The notes: generated by a model not told the origin, from the sequence alone. A stretch of 64,000 nucleotides of DNA from an uncultured Gemmatimonadales bacterium (GCA_963825055.1 CAWGSK010000007.1:64001-128000); one strand, 5' to 3'. Numbered from the stretch's first letter, positions 48,863-58,878 are shown. Program-made: numbers and translations.

Positions 48863-50450
48863 CCCTGAACACCTTCACTTCCTTGGCCTTCCCCTTGAGT
48901 GCAAGTGGTGGAAGGGTTTCCACCCCCGGCTTCTCTCGCAGCTGCCCGTAGAACGACTCGCTCAGCAGGATCTCACCGGCCCCCGCCTGCGAGCAGAGCC
49001 GGCTCGCCACGTTCACCGCGTCGCCGATGACGGTGTATTCCAGCCGGCGGTGGCTGCCGATGTTGCCCGCGAAGACCTCCCCGTAGTTGATGCCGATCCC
49101 GACGCCGATCGGAGGATTGCCCCGTTCGGCCCAGCTCGCATTCAGGGCGGTCAGGACCTCCTGCATCTCGATCGCCGCCCGCATGGCCCGGTCCGCGTCG
49201 TCCTCGTGGGCCAGCGGGGCTCCCCAGAGCGCGAGTATGGCGTCGCCCATGAACTTATCGAGCGTGCCCCCGTGCTCGAAGATCACGTCCACCATCTCGG
49301 TGAAGTAGTCGCTCAACAGCTCAGCGATGGCGTCCGGCGTCATGCGCTCGGACATGGCCGTGAATCCGCGGATGTCGCTGAAGAGGACGGTGATGGGGCG
49401 CTTGTCGCCGCCGGGCCTGACTTCGCCCTGGAGCCGGGCGATTTCTGCCGCCACGTTGGGCGCGAAGTAACGCTCGAAGTTGGACCGGACCAGGGCCTGC
49501 CGCTGGATCTGCTCCGCGTAGCGGCTGTTCCGGATCGCCACGGCGGCCAGGCCGCCGAAGGCAATCAGGAACTTCAGGTCTTCGTCGCTGAAGCTGTTGA
49601 TGGCCGTCATGCTGTCCACGTACAGCACGCCCAGGACTTCGTCCGCCGATGACATGAGCGGCACGCACATCGCACTCCGGACGCTCTGCAGCACGATCGA
49701 CTGGCCGGTGAAGCGCTCGTCGGTGGCGGCGTTGTCACTGATGATGCCGACCCGCTCGTCCACGACCTTGTGGGCGATGGAGCGCGGCACCTGCTGGAAG
49801 ATTGCCTCGCCCAGCCGGCTCCGCGCGATCTTGGGAAAGAGTTCGCCCGGCTCCTCGCGCAGCATGATGTTCACGCGGTCCACGTTCATGACCTCGAACG
49901 TCATGTCCGCCACGGTGGCCAGGATGCGGTCGAGGTCGAACTCGCCGGACAGCGCCTGGGAGATCTCCAGCAGCATGGAGAGCTTCCGGGCCTGGCGCTC
50001 GCCCTCCCCCTCGCCTTCCACCCGTAGTTGCCCGAGTGCGGTGGTTCCCCCACCGGGGGAGAGCGAGGTGAGCACCGAAGAGCCCGTGCCGGTTACGGCG
50101 ATCTCGCGCACGATGGTCCCGCCGGGAGGCGACGGGGGCTGCTGGCGTGGCGTGCGGGTGAGCTCGACCTTCTTCAGCTGGAAAACGACCTTGCCGAAGC
50201 TCACCGAGTCGTTGGGACGCAGGGTTCCTTCCCCGGCGCGGGCCCCGTTGATGAACGTGCCGTTCGAGCTGTCGAGGTCCCGGACCCGTACGCCCTCCTC
50301 GACCACTTCCAGTTCGGCGTGGCGGCGGGAGATCGTCGGGTCGATGACGGCGATGTCGCTGGTGATGGCGCGGCCCAGGACGAGGGTGCGTCCTGTCGGA
50401 AGCTCGAACCGCTGGTTTCCCTGGACGTTGGCGAGGAGGTAGCTGGGCAT
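48846..50450 (-). CDS. FHA-GAF-class III adenylate cyclase
   Basis: FHA motifs LGR, ISRRHA, SSNGTFIN; GAF; FSDIRGFT, DKFMGD and YTVIGDAVNVASRL; ATG at 50450. Confidence 0.92.
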   Translation of the reverse strand: MPSYLLANVQGNQRFELPTGRTLVLGRAITSDIAVIDPTISRRHAELEVVEEGVRVRDLDSSNGTFINGARAGEGTLRPNDSVSFGKVVFQLKKVELTRTPRQQPPSPPGGTIVREIAVTGTGSSVLTSLSPGGGTTALGQLRVEGEGEGERQARKLSMLLEISQALSGEFDLDRILATVADMTFEVMNVDRVNIMLREEPGELFPKIARSRLGEAIFQQVPRSIAHKVVDERVGIISDNAATDERFTGQSIVLQSVRSAMCVPLMSSADEVLGVLYVDSMTAINSFSDEDLKFLIAFGGLAAVAIRNSRYAEQIQRQALVRSNFERYFAPNVAAEIARLQGEVRPGGDKRPITVLFSDIRGFTAMSERMTPDAIAELLSDYFTEMVDVIFEHGGTLDKFMGDAILALWGAPLAHEDDADRAMRAAIEMQEVLTALNASWAERGNPPIGVGIGINYGEVFAGNIGSHRRLEYTVIGDAVNVASRLCSQAGAGEILLSESFYGQLREKPGVETLPPLALKGKAKEVKVFRVNGER

Positions 50451-50484
50451 GACGGCCGGAATATAGCGCGGGTCGCCTCCGGTC

Positions 50485-51978
50485 TCAGCCTGCCGCGGCG
50501 GCCATGGCCAGCGCGACCAGGACCGCCCGGGCCTTGGCCTCGGTCTCCGCCAGCTCCAGTTCCGGGACGGAATCCGCCACGATCCCGGCCCCCGCCTGCA
50601 CCCAGGCCTGATCGCCGCGGATGATACAGGTCCTGATCGCGATCGCCGTATCCAGATTCCCGGCACCCCACCCGATGTACCCCACCGCCCCGGCGTACGG
50701 GCCGCGCCGGACAGGCTCCAACGTGTCGATGATCTCCATGGCGCGCACCTTGGGGGCACCGGAAACCGTTCCGGCCGGGAAGGCCGCCGCCAGGGCAGTG
50801 AGGGCATCCTCCCCCTCCCGGAGCCGGCCGCGCACTTCGGTCACGAGATGCATGACGTGTGAATACCGCTCGATTTCCATGAAGCTCGTGATCCGGACGG
50901 ACCCGTACTCCGCCACGCGGCCGACATCGTTGCGTCCCAGGTCCACCAGCATGAGATGCTCGGCGCGTTCCTTGGGGTCGGACCGGAGGGAGGCCTCCAT
51001 GGCGAGGTCCTCGGCCTGCGTGGCGCCGCGGGGACGGGTCCCGGCAATGGGGCGGACAGTCACTTCATCCTGCTCCACCCGCACCAGGACCTCAGGCGAA
51101 CTGCCCACGACGTGGATATCGTCACAGTGAAGGTAGAACAGATACGGAGCGGGGTTGAGGGCGCGCAGGCAGCGGTAGGCCAGGAAGGGGTCCGGGGCCG
51201 GGGCATCGAGCCGTCGGGACAACACGGTCTGGAAGGTCTCACCCGCGGTGATGGCGTCCTGGATGCCGGCCACGCCGCTCCGGAATGCGGCCCCGGTCCA
51301 GGTGGACTCGGCCTTCGCCGGCAGACACTCCGCCTCGAACGGAAGCGGCCTCAGTGAGCCGGGGCCGGCAAGCCGGGCGAGCCAGTCGTCGATGCGCGAG
51401 TCCGCCTCGTGGAACAGACCCGACAGTGTCGCGGGGTCGGGCGCGCCCGCCGGGACGCGCACGCTCGCGACGATGGTGGCCCGGTTGTACAGGTTGTCGA
51501 GCACGATCAGCGTGTCGACGACCATCATCAGGGCATCGGGAAGGCCCCGGTCGTCAGGCGGGGCAGACGGAAGGTCCTCCAGGGTACGTACGACATCGTA
51601 CCCGATGTACCCGACGGCACCGCCGGTGAATCTTGGCAGCCCGTCGACCGGAATCGGCGTGTACGCCCGGAGTAACCTGCCGAGGTGCTCGAACGGGGCC
51701 GCTTCGCCGGGCTCGTCCTCCCACCCGGACCCCGGCGTCCATCGCTCCACCCGCCGCCCATGATACCGGAAGACCTCGGCAGGCTCGGTGGAAAGAAAGG
51801 AGTACCGGGCCCAGCGTTCTCCGCCCTCGAGTGATTCGAGCAGGAATCCCCACGGCCCGCGGTGAAGCTTCCGGAAGGCGCCGACGGGGGTGTCGCCGTC
51901 GAGCACGACCTCACGGGTAACCGGGACCACGGTCCCCGGCCGGGCCAGGGCGAGGAACGCCTCGAGCCCCCGGCTCAC
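50485..51978 (-). CDS. trpE: Anthranilate synthase component I
   Basis: FLLESLEGGE, NPAPY, GSSPE, PIAGT, EHLMLVDLGRND and GTVSGAPK motifs. Confidence 0.92.
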   Translation of the reverse strand: MSRGLEAFLALARPGTVVPVTREVVLDGDTPVGAFRKLHRGPWGFLLESLEGGERWARYSFLSTEPAEVFRYHGRRVERWTPGSGWEDEPGEAAPFEHLGRLLRAYTPIPVDGLPRFTGGAVGYIGYDVVRTLEDLPSAPPDDRGLPDALMMVVDTLIVLDNLYNRATIVASVRVPAGAPDPATLSGLFHEADSRIDDWLARLAGPGSLRPLPFEAECLPAKAESTWTGAAFRSGVAGIQDAITAGETFQTVLSRRLDAPAPDPFLAYRCLRALNPAPYLFYLHCDDIHVVGSSPEVLVRVEQDEVTVRPIAGTRPRGATQAEDLAMEASLRSDPKERAEHLMLVDLGRNDVGRVAEYGSVRITSFMEIERYSHVMHLVTEVRGRLREGEDALTALAAAFPAGTVSGAPKVRAMEIIDTLEPVRRGPYAGAVGYIGWGAGNLDTAIAIRTCIIRGDQAWVQAGAGIVADSVPELELAETEAKARAVLVALAMAAAAG

Positions 51979-52574
51979 CTCGGCGCGACTACCACGTACG
52001 TGCCGAGCACCGGCAGGGTGGCGGCGAGGTTGTCGCTCGCGGGCCGGAGGGACGGGAGGGTGGTGTAGCTGCCGTTGTCATTGACGTGGGCGAGCGCCAG
52101 GGCCCGCTCGAAGGCCGCGGCGGAACCGTACCGTTCCCGTGCGCCGACCGGTACGGCAAAGTGGACGGGATACTTGAAGGTGAGCGTGACCGGATTCTGG
52201 AGCGCCGCGGTGCCCGTGATGGTGACGCCGTAAAGCCCGGGACGGGGCGCGATCGTTACGTCCACGCTCCGCCCCGAGTCGGCGAAGGCGTTGCCGGGGA
52301 ACAGGACTTCCGCAAACACCGTGTTGTCCGGCGGGCCGTAGCGCAGGACGGCACGCCGCGCCTGTCCCGCGGTCACGGTGAGCGAGGTGTCCATCGGCTG
52401 CGCACCCCAGCTTTCCAGCACGTACGCCCGGTCCGGGGCAAGGGTGGTGCCCGGCTTGACCGACGGACCGCGCGGGGCGGCCCCGCTCGTGGACCGTCCC
52501 CCGCACGCCGCGGCCGCCAGGATACCCAGCGTGCTTGCCGCCAACCACCACCCCCGGGATATTCCGCCTGTCAT
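51975..52574 (-). CDS. Hypothetical lipoprotein
   Basis: Signal peptide with lipobox LAAAAC; stop overlaps the trpE start. Confidence 0.7.
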   Translation of the reverse strand: MTGGISRGWWLAASTLGILAAAACGGRSTSGAAPRGPSVKPGTTLAPDRAYVLESWGAQPMDTSLTVTAGQARRAVLRYGPPDNTVFAEVLFPGNAFADSGRSVDVTIAPRPGLYGVTITGTAALQNPVTLTFKYPVHFAVPVGARERYGSAAAFERALALAHVNDNGSYTTLPSLRPASDNLAATLPVLGTYVVVAPR

Positions 52575-54612
52575 GCGCGCCCTCTTCCTCTTCCTGCTGG
52601 TGATCTTCCTGCCGGTGCCGGCCCTGGCTCAGGACTGGAACGCCGCTGCCGCCATGCGCCTGGTCGAGCGCGGCATCGCGCGGCGCCAGCGTGCGGATGC
52701 CGACACGACTCTCCGGAGCTACCGGAGCCGTGCACACGGCTTCGTCTTCTTCCTCGCGCAGGTCGGAGAGGGGCTGACGGAGCCGCCGCGGCTGGTCAAG
52801 GCGGATGAGCTCGACGTCGAAGTGTATTGGGAGGCCCCGAACAACAGCAAGCAGGTGATTCTCGGCTGGCGGGACGGCCGGTGGCTCCCGACCGATATCA
52901 ACTATCACCGGGACCACCTGGGAATCGTCACGAACAACTTCGGGGACCGGATCCGGGTGGGCGAGGGGGATGAGGTCCGTGATGTCGTCCACCCGCTCTC
53001 GGCGGGGGGCCCCGGCGTGTACGACTACGCCCTCCGCGACAGCATCCGGATCCGGAGCGGCAGCTCGGCAATCCGGGTCTATGAGATCAGCGTGCGGCCG
53101 AAACGTTTCGACCAGGCCCTGGTGGTGGGGACGCTCTATCTCACCGTGGAAGACGCCGACCTCGTGCGGTTCCGCTTCAGTTTCACGCCCGCCGCCTACC
53201 TCGACCGCCAGCTCGAGGACATTACCATCGTGCTGGAGAACAGCCTCTGGGACGGGCGGTGGTGGCTGCCGTACCGGCAGGAAGTCGAGATCCGCCGACG
53301 GGCCACCTGGCTCGACTTCCCGGCCCGGGGGATCATCCGCGGGCGCTGGGAAATCCAGGACTACGATTTTAACGTGGCGCTTCCGGCAGGGTCCTTCCGG
53401 GGCCCCGCCATCGCCGGGCTCCGGAAGCCGCGTAACGCAGACACGGCCTGGACCGCACCCCTTGACGAGGCCATCGCCGGTGAAGCCTCCCCGGTGAATC
53501 GCCAGGACATGGAGGACGTCCGGGTGGAAATCGAGCGGATCGCGGGGGCGCACGCCCTTGGCGGACTCGCCTCCTCCCGCCTCGCGACCGGGTCCGTGAG
53601 CGACCTCGTCCACGTGAACCGGGTGCAGGGGCTCGCGCTCGGCGTGGGAGCCAACCTGCAGCAACCCGGAAGCCGGCTGCGGTTCCGGCCGCGCATCGAA
53701 TACGGAACGTCCGACCACCATCTGCTCGGTGGCGCCAGGCTGGAGGTCGAGGCCGGTGCCACCCGGTTCGGACTCGAGTGGCGCCGGGAGGTCCGGGACT
53801 TCACCGACATCCCCGTCATCGCGCCGGTCCTGAATTCGGTGGCGGCCCAGGAGTTCGGGGAGGACTACGGCGACTATGTCCTGCGGGAGACGGCGGCAGC
53901 GTCGCTGCGGCACCGCCTGAGCGGACGGACAGCCTTCGCACTCGAGGTCGGCCGCGAGGACGACGCGTCGCTCCAGGTCCGCGCGACGCCCGCGACCGGT
54001 TCGTACCGGCCCAATCCCGGACTCGGAGCGGCTCCGAGAACCGTCCTGCGACTGGGGCTGGAGCGGGGCGGGGGCGGGATTGCGACCGAGCGCGACGTGA
54101 AGGGCCGGGTCTCGGCCGAGGGGGGAAGCGGGAGGGATGGGGAGTACGCGCGGCTGACGGTCGACGGTGAGGCCCGGATGCCTCTCGCCGGCGGCAGCCT
54201 GAGGCCCCGGCTCTACCTGGGCTGGGGGTCGGAAGCACTTCCGCCGGCCCGCCGGTTTGCCCTGGGTGGGCGTGGAACCCTCGTGGGTGAACCGTTCCGG
54301 GCGTGGGGTGGTCGCACGGCCGTGCTCCTGCGCCTGGAATGGCAGCGTGAGGTCCCGTTCCCGGCAGTACCGCTGGGCCCGTTCGTCTCGACGGGCCATT
54401 CCCTCACCGTCGCGCCGTTCGTGGCCGCGGGCTGGGCCGATCGGGCGGATCCAGCGTTCCCATGGCGGGCGAGCACAGGGCTGCGGCCTGTCGCCGGGGT
54501 AGCGCTCGAGTGGTTCCTGCGCCTGATTCGCGTGGAAGCGGGGGTTGGCCTCAGGACGGGCGACCTCGGGGTCACCATCGACATTCATCCTGACTGGTGG
54601 GACCTCCTCTGA
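52573..54612 (+). CDS. Hypothetical secreted / outer-membrane beta-barrel protein
   Basis: Signal peptide MRALFLFLLVIFLPVPALA at ATG 52573; amphipathic beta strands in the C-terminal half. Confidence 0.65.
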   Translation: MRALFLFLLVIFLPVPALAQDWNAAAAMRLVERGIARRQRADADTTLRSYRSRAHGFVFFLAQVGEGLTEPPRLVKADELDVEVYWEAPNNSKQVILGWRDGRWLPTDINYHRDHLGIVTNNFGDRIRVGEGDEVRDVVHPLSAGGPGVYDYALRDSIRIRSGSSAIRVYEISVRPKRFDQALVVGTLYLTVEDADLVRFRFSFTPAAYLDRQLEDITIVLENSLWDGRWWLPYRQEVEIRRRATWLDFPARGIIRGRWEIQDYDFNVALPAGSFRGPAIAGLRKPRNADTAWTAPLDEAIAGEASPVNRQDMEDVRVEIERIAGAHALGGLASSRLATGSVSDLVHVNRVQGLALGVGANLQQPGSRLRFRPRIEYGTSDHHLLGGARLEVEAGATRFGLEWRREVRDFTDIPVIAPVLNSVAAQEFGEDYGDYVLRETAAASLRHRLSGRTAFALEVGREDDASLQVRATPATGSYRPNPGLGAAPRTVLRLGLERGGGGIATERDVKGRVSAEGGSGRDGEYARLTVDGEARMPLAGGSLRPRLYLGWGSEALPPARRFALGGRGTLVGEPFRAWGGRTAVLLRLEWQREVPFPAVPLGPFVSTGHSLTVAPFVAAGWADRADPAFPWRASTGLRPVAGVALEWFLRLIRVEAGVGLRTGDLGVTIDIHPDWWDLL

Positions 54613-54703
54613 GGCGGCCATTTGCCTCCGGCCTTGCGCGGCCTATCTTCAACTGACGGAAGGCTTGGCCTTCTCCGCGCCACTCCATTTTGAATGGATC
54701 GCC

Positions 54704-56929
54704 ATGCAGTTTACCGACGAGTGGATCGTTCCTACCATGGAAGCGCTCCTGCCGCCGGGAACCCTTGATGAACTCCGGGGGGCCGACGGCCCGCCGGTCT
54801 CCCTCTGGGAGACCGTTGCGCGCCGCCGCCTGCTCACCGACAAGGTGATCCTGGAGTCCGCGGCCGCGCGCACGCGGCTGCCCATGGCCGACTTGACCCA
54901 GCTCGACGTCCGGGTCCGCGACTCGGTGCCGGAGACGCTCGCGCGCCGGTTCACCGTGCTGCCGCTCCGGATTTCCGATTCCCACCTCGACGTGGCCACC
55001 GCGAACCCGTTTGACCTCGACGCCGAGAAGCTCCTCGCCTTCGCGACGGGACGGGAAGTCCGGGTGCACCTCGCTCCGCCCTCGAAGATCCGCGAGAAGC
55101 TGGAAGAGGTCTATCGTCCCGAGCATGTCGTCGCCGAGCTCCTCGGCGACATGGGGAGCGATCTCCACGTCACGCAGCTGGAGGAGGAGGACGACGACCT
55201 CGAGGTCACGGCTGACGAGGCGAGCCAGCGGCCCATCGTCAGGCTGGTGGACCTGTTGCTTTCAGACGGCATCCTGAGCCGTGCCAGCGACATTCACGTC
55301 GAACCAGTCGAAGGTGGTGTGGTGGTCCGCTACCGCATCGACGGCGTGCTCCGACAGGTGATGAGGATCCCCCGTACGGCAGGCGTTCCCCTGATCAGCC
55401 GCATGAAGATCATGTCCGGCCTCGATATTGCCGACCGGCTCCGTCCGCAGGACGGACGGGCCCGCGTGGCGGTGAACGGCAATCCGGTCGACCTCCGGGT
55501 GTCCACCCTCCCCGCATCGCTCGGCGAGAAGGTTGTCATCCGGATCCTGAACGCCGCCGCCACGGTGCTCTCGCTCGAGTCCCTGGGGATGTACGAGGAC
55601 GAGCGCGCGCAGATCTCGCGGCTGCTGGAGTTCAAGGAGGGCATCGTCCTGGTGACGGGCCCCACCGGCTCCGGCAAGACGACCACGCTGTATTCCGCCT
55701 TGCGCCTCGTCCAGGGCGAGGGCGTGAACATCGTGACAGTCGAGGACCCCGTCGAGTACCGCCTCGGGGCGAACATCGTCCAGGTGCAGGTCAACGAGAA
55801 GGCGGGGCTCACATTCTCGGCGGCCCTTCGCAGTATCCTGCGCCAGGATCCCGACGTCGTGCTGCTGGGCGAGATCCGCGACCAGGAGACCGCGCGCATT
55901 GCCATCCAGGCTTCGCTGACCGGCCACCTGGTGCTGTCCACCCTGCACACGAATGATGCGCCGAACGCGGTCACGCGCCTGGTGGACATGGGGCTGGAAA
56001 ATTACAAGGTGGCCACGGCGCTCCGCGGCGTGGTTGCACAGCGGCTCATGCGCCGGCTCTGCCCGGTGTGCAAGGAGCCCGCCTCCGATGCGGTCCCCGA
56101 TCGGATTCAGCCATTTGTCCCGGACGGGGCGACGCTGTACCGCGCCGTGGGCTGTCCCGACTGTGCCATGACCGGGTACCACGGCCGGTTCAGCGTCGTG
56201 TCCATCCTGACGATGAACCTCGCCCTCGAACGGCTCATCAGCAGCGGTGCCACAGCGGATCGGATCGCTGATGGTGCCCGAGCGAACGGGATGGGGTCGC
56301 TCTGGGAGAGCGGGCTCCGCCACGTGCTCGCCGCCGACTCGTCCTTTGAGGAGTTGCTTCGCGTCACCGGCGGTCCCGGCCTTGACCAGACCGAGCGCGA
56401 GGCGGCCGCGACACCGGCTCCGGCGGCCACTGCCGCTCCAGTCGCGGCTCCGGTCACTCAGGTTCCCGCCCCCGCGCCGCCCGCCGTCCCGACGCTGGAG
56501 CCGTCCGCGGCGTTCGAGCTGATCGATGACCACGTCGCCGAGGGGCCGGGTGGCGGGGCGCGCGTCCTGCTGGTGGATGACGAGGACCACCTCCGGAAGG
56601 TGATGCGCGATCTGCTCGAGCGCGACGGCTTCGTCGTAGTCGAGGCCCGGGACGGCGCCGAAGCGCTGGACGCCGTCGACCGGCACGCCCCGGACGTGGT
56701 CGTGCTGGACCTCAACCTTCCGGGGCTCGACGGCTACGGGGTCCTCGAACAGATCCGCTCCCGTCCCTCCACCGCCTCGACTCCGGTGATCGTGCTCACG
56801 GCCAAGGGCGATGAGGACAACGAGGTGCGGGTGTTCGAACTTGGTGCCGACGATTTCCTGACCAAGCCTTTCCGGCCCCGTGCCCTGTCTGCCCGGCTGG
56901 AGGCCATGCTGGCGCGGCGCCGCGGCTGA
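54704..56929 (+). CDS. GspE/PilB-family secretion ATPase with C-terminal receiver domain
   Basis: RASDIHVEP, PQDGR, GPTGSGKTT, LRQDPD, TLHTN and CPVC/CPDC motifs; Ala/Pro linker; REC (LVDDED, LDLNLP, TKPF). Confidence 0.92.
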   Translation: MQFTDEWIVPTMEALLPPGTLDELRGADGPPVSLWETVARRRLLTDKVILESAAARTRLPMADLTQLDVRVRDSVPETLARRFTVLPLRISDSHLDVATANPFDLDAEKLLAFATGREVRVHLAPPSKIREKLEEVYRPEHVVAELLGDMGSDLHVTQLEEEDDDLEVTADEASQRPIVRLVDLLLSDGILSRASDIHVEPVEGGVVVRYRIDGVLRQVMRIPRTAGVPLISRMKIMSGLDIADRLRPQDGRARVAVNGNPVDLRVSTLPASLGEKVVIRILNAAATVLSLESLGMYEDERAQISRLLEFKEGIVLVTGPTGSGKTTTLYSALRLVQGEGVNIVTVEDPVEYRLGANIVQVQVNEKAGLTFSAALRSILRQDPDVVLLGEIRDQETARIAIQASLTGHLVLSTLHTNDAPNAVTRLVDMGLENYKVATALRGVVAQRLMRRLCPVCKEPASDAVPDRIQPFVPDGATLYRAVGCPDCAMTGYHGRFSVVSILTMNLALERLISSGATADRIADGARANGMGSLWESGLRHVLAADSSFEELLRVTGGPGLDQTEREAAATPAPAATAAPVAAPVTQVPAPAPPAVPTLEPSAAFELIDDHVAEGPGGGARVLLVDDEDHLRKVMRDLLERDGFVVVEARDGAEALDAVDRHAPDVVVLDLNLPGLDGYGVLEQIRSRPSTASTPVIVLTAKGDEDNEVRVFELGADDFLTKPFRPRALSARLEAMLARRRG

Positions 56930-56943
56930 GCGCCGCGCCGGCC

Positions 56944-57432
56944 ATGACCACCCTGCGGACGAGCATTGTCGACGTGTATGTCGTACGTCCCGCGGAGGGA
57001 GGCCTGGAGTTCCTGCTTCTCCGCCGTGGACCCGACGGCCGCTGCCCCGGCTCCTGGGAGGGCGTGCACGGTCACATTGACGGCGGCGAGCATCCGGTGG
57101 CCGCGGCCTTGCGTGAGCTCCGGGAGGAGACCGGGCTGGCCCCCGAGCGGCTGTACAACCTGAGCCGGGTCGAGCTCTTCTACCAGCACCTCACCGACGA
57201 AGTGGCCGTGATCCCGGTGTTCTGTGCGGTGGCGCGGGCCGGAGCCGGCGTGACCCTGGGCACCGAGCACGACGACCACTCATGGCTCGCCGCTGCCGAC
57301 GCCGGGGACCGATGGACCTGGCCCCGCGAACGGCGCGCCATGGCCGATATTCTCCACCTGCTGCCCGATGGCCACGCCGGGGCAGCGGATGACGTCCTGC
57401 AGGTGGACCTCAACACCTTCGTCCAGCCGTGA
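56944..57432 (+). CDS. NUDIX hydrolase (NudB-like)
   Basis: GHIDGGEHPVAAALRELREETG Nudix box; TEH...W. Confidence 0.88.
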   Translation: MTTLRTSIVDVYVVRPAEGGLEFLLLRRGPDGRCPGSWEGVHGHIDGGEHPVAAALRELREETGLAPERLYNLSRVELFYQHLTDEVAVIPVFCAVARAGAGVTLGTEHDDHSWLAAADAGDRWTWPRERRAMADILHLLPDGHAGAADDVLQVDLNTFVQP

Positions 57433-58874
57433 ACATTCCGATGCTGCCATCCCGCCTTGCCACCGTCCTGCTCGTCCTTCCGGTCTTCGGCGGCACGCCT
57501 GCCGCGCCCCCGTGCATCCGCCTGTCCCGTGCCGGCACCCAGGTGCAGGGCGACGTCAGGGTATGCCCTGGCCGTTATCGCGTGGCGGACCCGGAGGAGC
57601 GTGGTGTCATCGTGGTGGCCGGCTCCCGTGTCCGGCTCGACCTCACCGGCGTCACGCTGGAGAGCGGCGACTCGGTGCCCGGACGATACAAGGGGATCGG
57701 CGTCGTGGCCCGCAATGTTGATCGTGTGACCATCGAGGGCGGCAGGATACTCGGCTACCGCCATGGCATCGTACTGGAGGGAGGGAGTGGCCACGTCGTG
57801 CTGGGGAGCGATGTCTCGGGGTCACGGCGGCAATCCCTCCGCTCCGACCCGGGACGGTTTGACGAGGCCGACTGGCTTGACATCTTCCACCCCGACACCT
57901 TCCTGGCCTACGGTGGAGGGATTCTCCTGCGCAACACGAGCGGGGCGCGGGTGGAGGGCGTGACGGCACGGGACGCGCAGAACGGCATCGGCCTGGTGGA
58001 TGTCCGGGACAGCTACATCGCGGACAACGATGTGTCCCGTAACAGTGGATGGGGCATCCATCTCTGGCACGCGGCGCGGAACGTGATCATCCGGAACCGG
58101 GCCGACCGCAATGTCCGGTGCGAGGCCCCCGCCTACAGCCGAGGGTGCGACAGCGCGGCCCTCCTGCTCCGGGAACGGAGTGACTCGAACTATATCGCCG
58201 ACAACGACCTTACCCACTCCGGCGACGGCTTCTTCCTGAGCGGGCAGCGCGGGATGGTGCAGCCCTCGATCGGGAACGTCGTGCTTCGCAACGACGCGTC
58301 GTTCGCGTACCACAACGCGTTCGAGGCCACCTTCAGCCCCTGGAACTCCTTCCTGGAGAACAGGGCCGACAGTTCCGGGTACGGATTCTGGCTCGGGTAC
58401 TCGACCGGGAATACCGTCCGCGGGAACACCATCATCGGCACGAGGGAGACCGGGATCGCCATTGAACACGGGAGCGACAACGAGATCACGGGAAACGTGA
58501 TCATCGGGGGCGAGACCGGGATTCACCTGTTCGCCCCGCACGAGGGCGACGACCCCAGCCGGGGATACCGCGTGGACGACAATACCCTGGCGCAGGTACG
58601 CACCGGCCTCCGGCTGGAGGGGACGGCCCAGGCGAGGCTCCGTGGCAACCTCTTCGATGGGGTCACTGAGGGACTCGTGGCAGATGCGGCGGCCGCCGAC
58701 GCCCAGGTGAGCGGCAACGTATTCCTCAGGTCCAGCGGCCTGTTCATCCGGGCTGACACCCTGGATGCCGGGGGAAACTTCTGGGGTACCCCCGACCTGG
58801 AGGCCACCCGGGCAAAGGTGCGGGGACGCGTGAACCTGGTGCCGTGGCGCTCGGCGAGGGAGGCGGGGTACTGA
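57429..58874 (+). CDS. Secreted right-handed parallel beta-helix repeat protein
   Basis: Signal peptide; many NxxxxN/GIxL PbH1-like repeats; GNFWG. Confidence 0.8.
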   Translation: MNIPMLPSRLATVLLVLPVFGGTPAAPPCIRLSRAGTQVQGDVRVCPGRYRVADPEERGVIVVAGSRVRLDLTGVTLESGDSVPGRYKGIGVVARNVDRVTIEGGRILGYRHGIVLEGGSGHVVLGSDVSGSRRQSLRSDPGRFDEADWLDIFHPDTFLAYGGGILLRNTSGARVEGVTARDAQNGIGLVDVRDSYIADNDVSRNSGWGIHLWHAARNVIIRNRADRNVRCEAPAYSRGCDSAALLLRERSDSNYIADNDLTHSGDGFFLSGQRGMVQPSIGNVVLRNDASFAYHNAFEATFSPWNSFLENRADSSGYGFWLGYSTGNTVRGNTIIGTRETGIAIEHGSDNEITGNVIIGGETGIHLFAPHEGDDPSRGYRVDDNTLAQVRTGLRLEGTAQARLRGNLFDGVTEGLVADAAAADAQVSGNVFLRSSGLFIRADTLDAGGNFWGTPDLEATRAKVRGRVNLVPWRSAREAGY

Positions 58875-58878
58875 ACTG

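Noticed and set aside
52078..54621. Long antisense or overlapping ORFs (also 4188-5780, 22871-24619, 25571-27466, 35218-37143, 59452-61395)
   Set aside because: Shadow frames of well-supported genes in high-GC DNA; no recognisable motifs.
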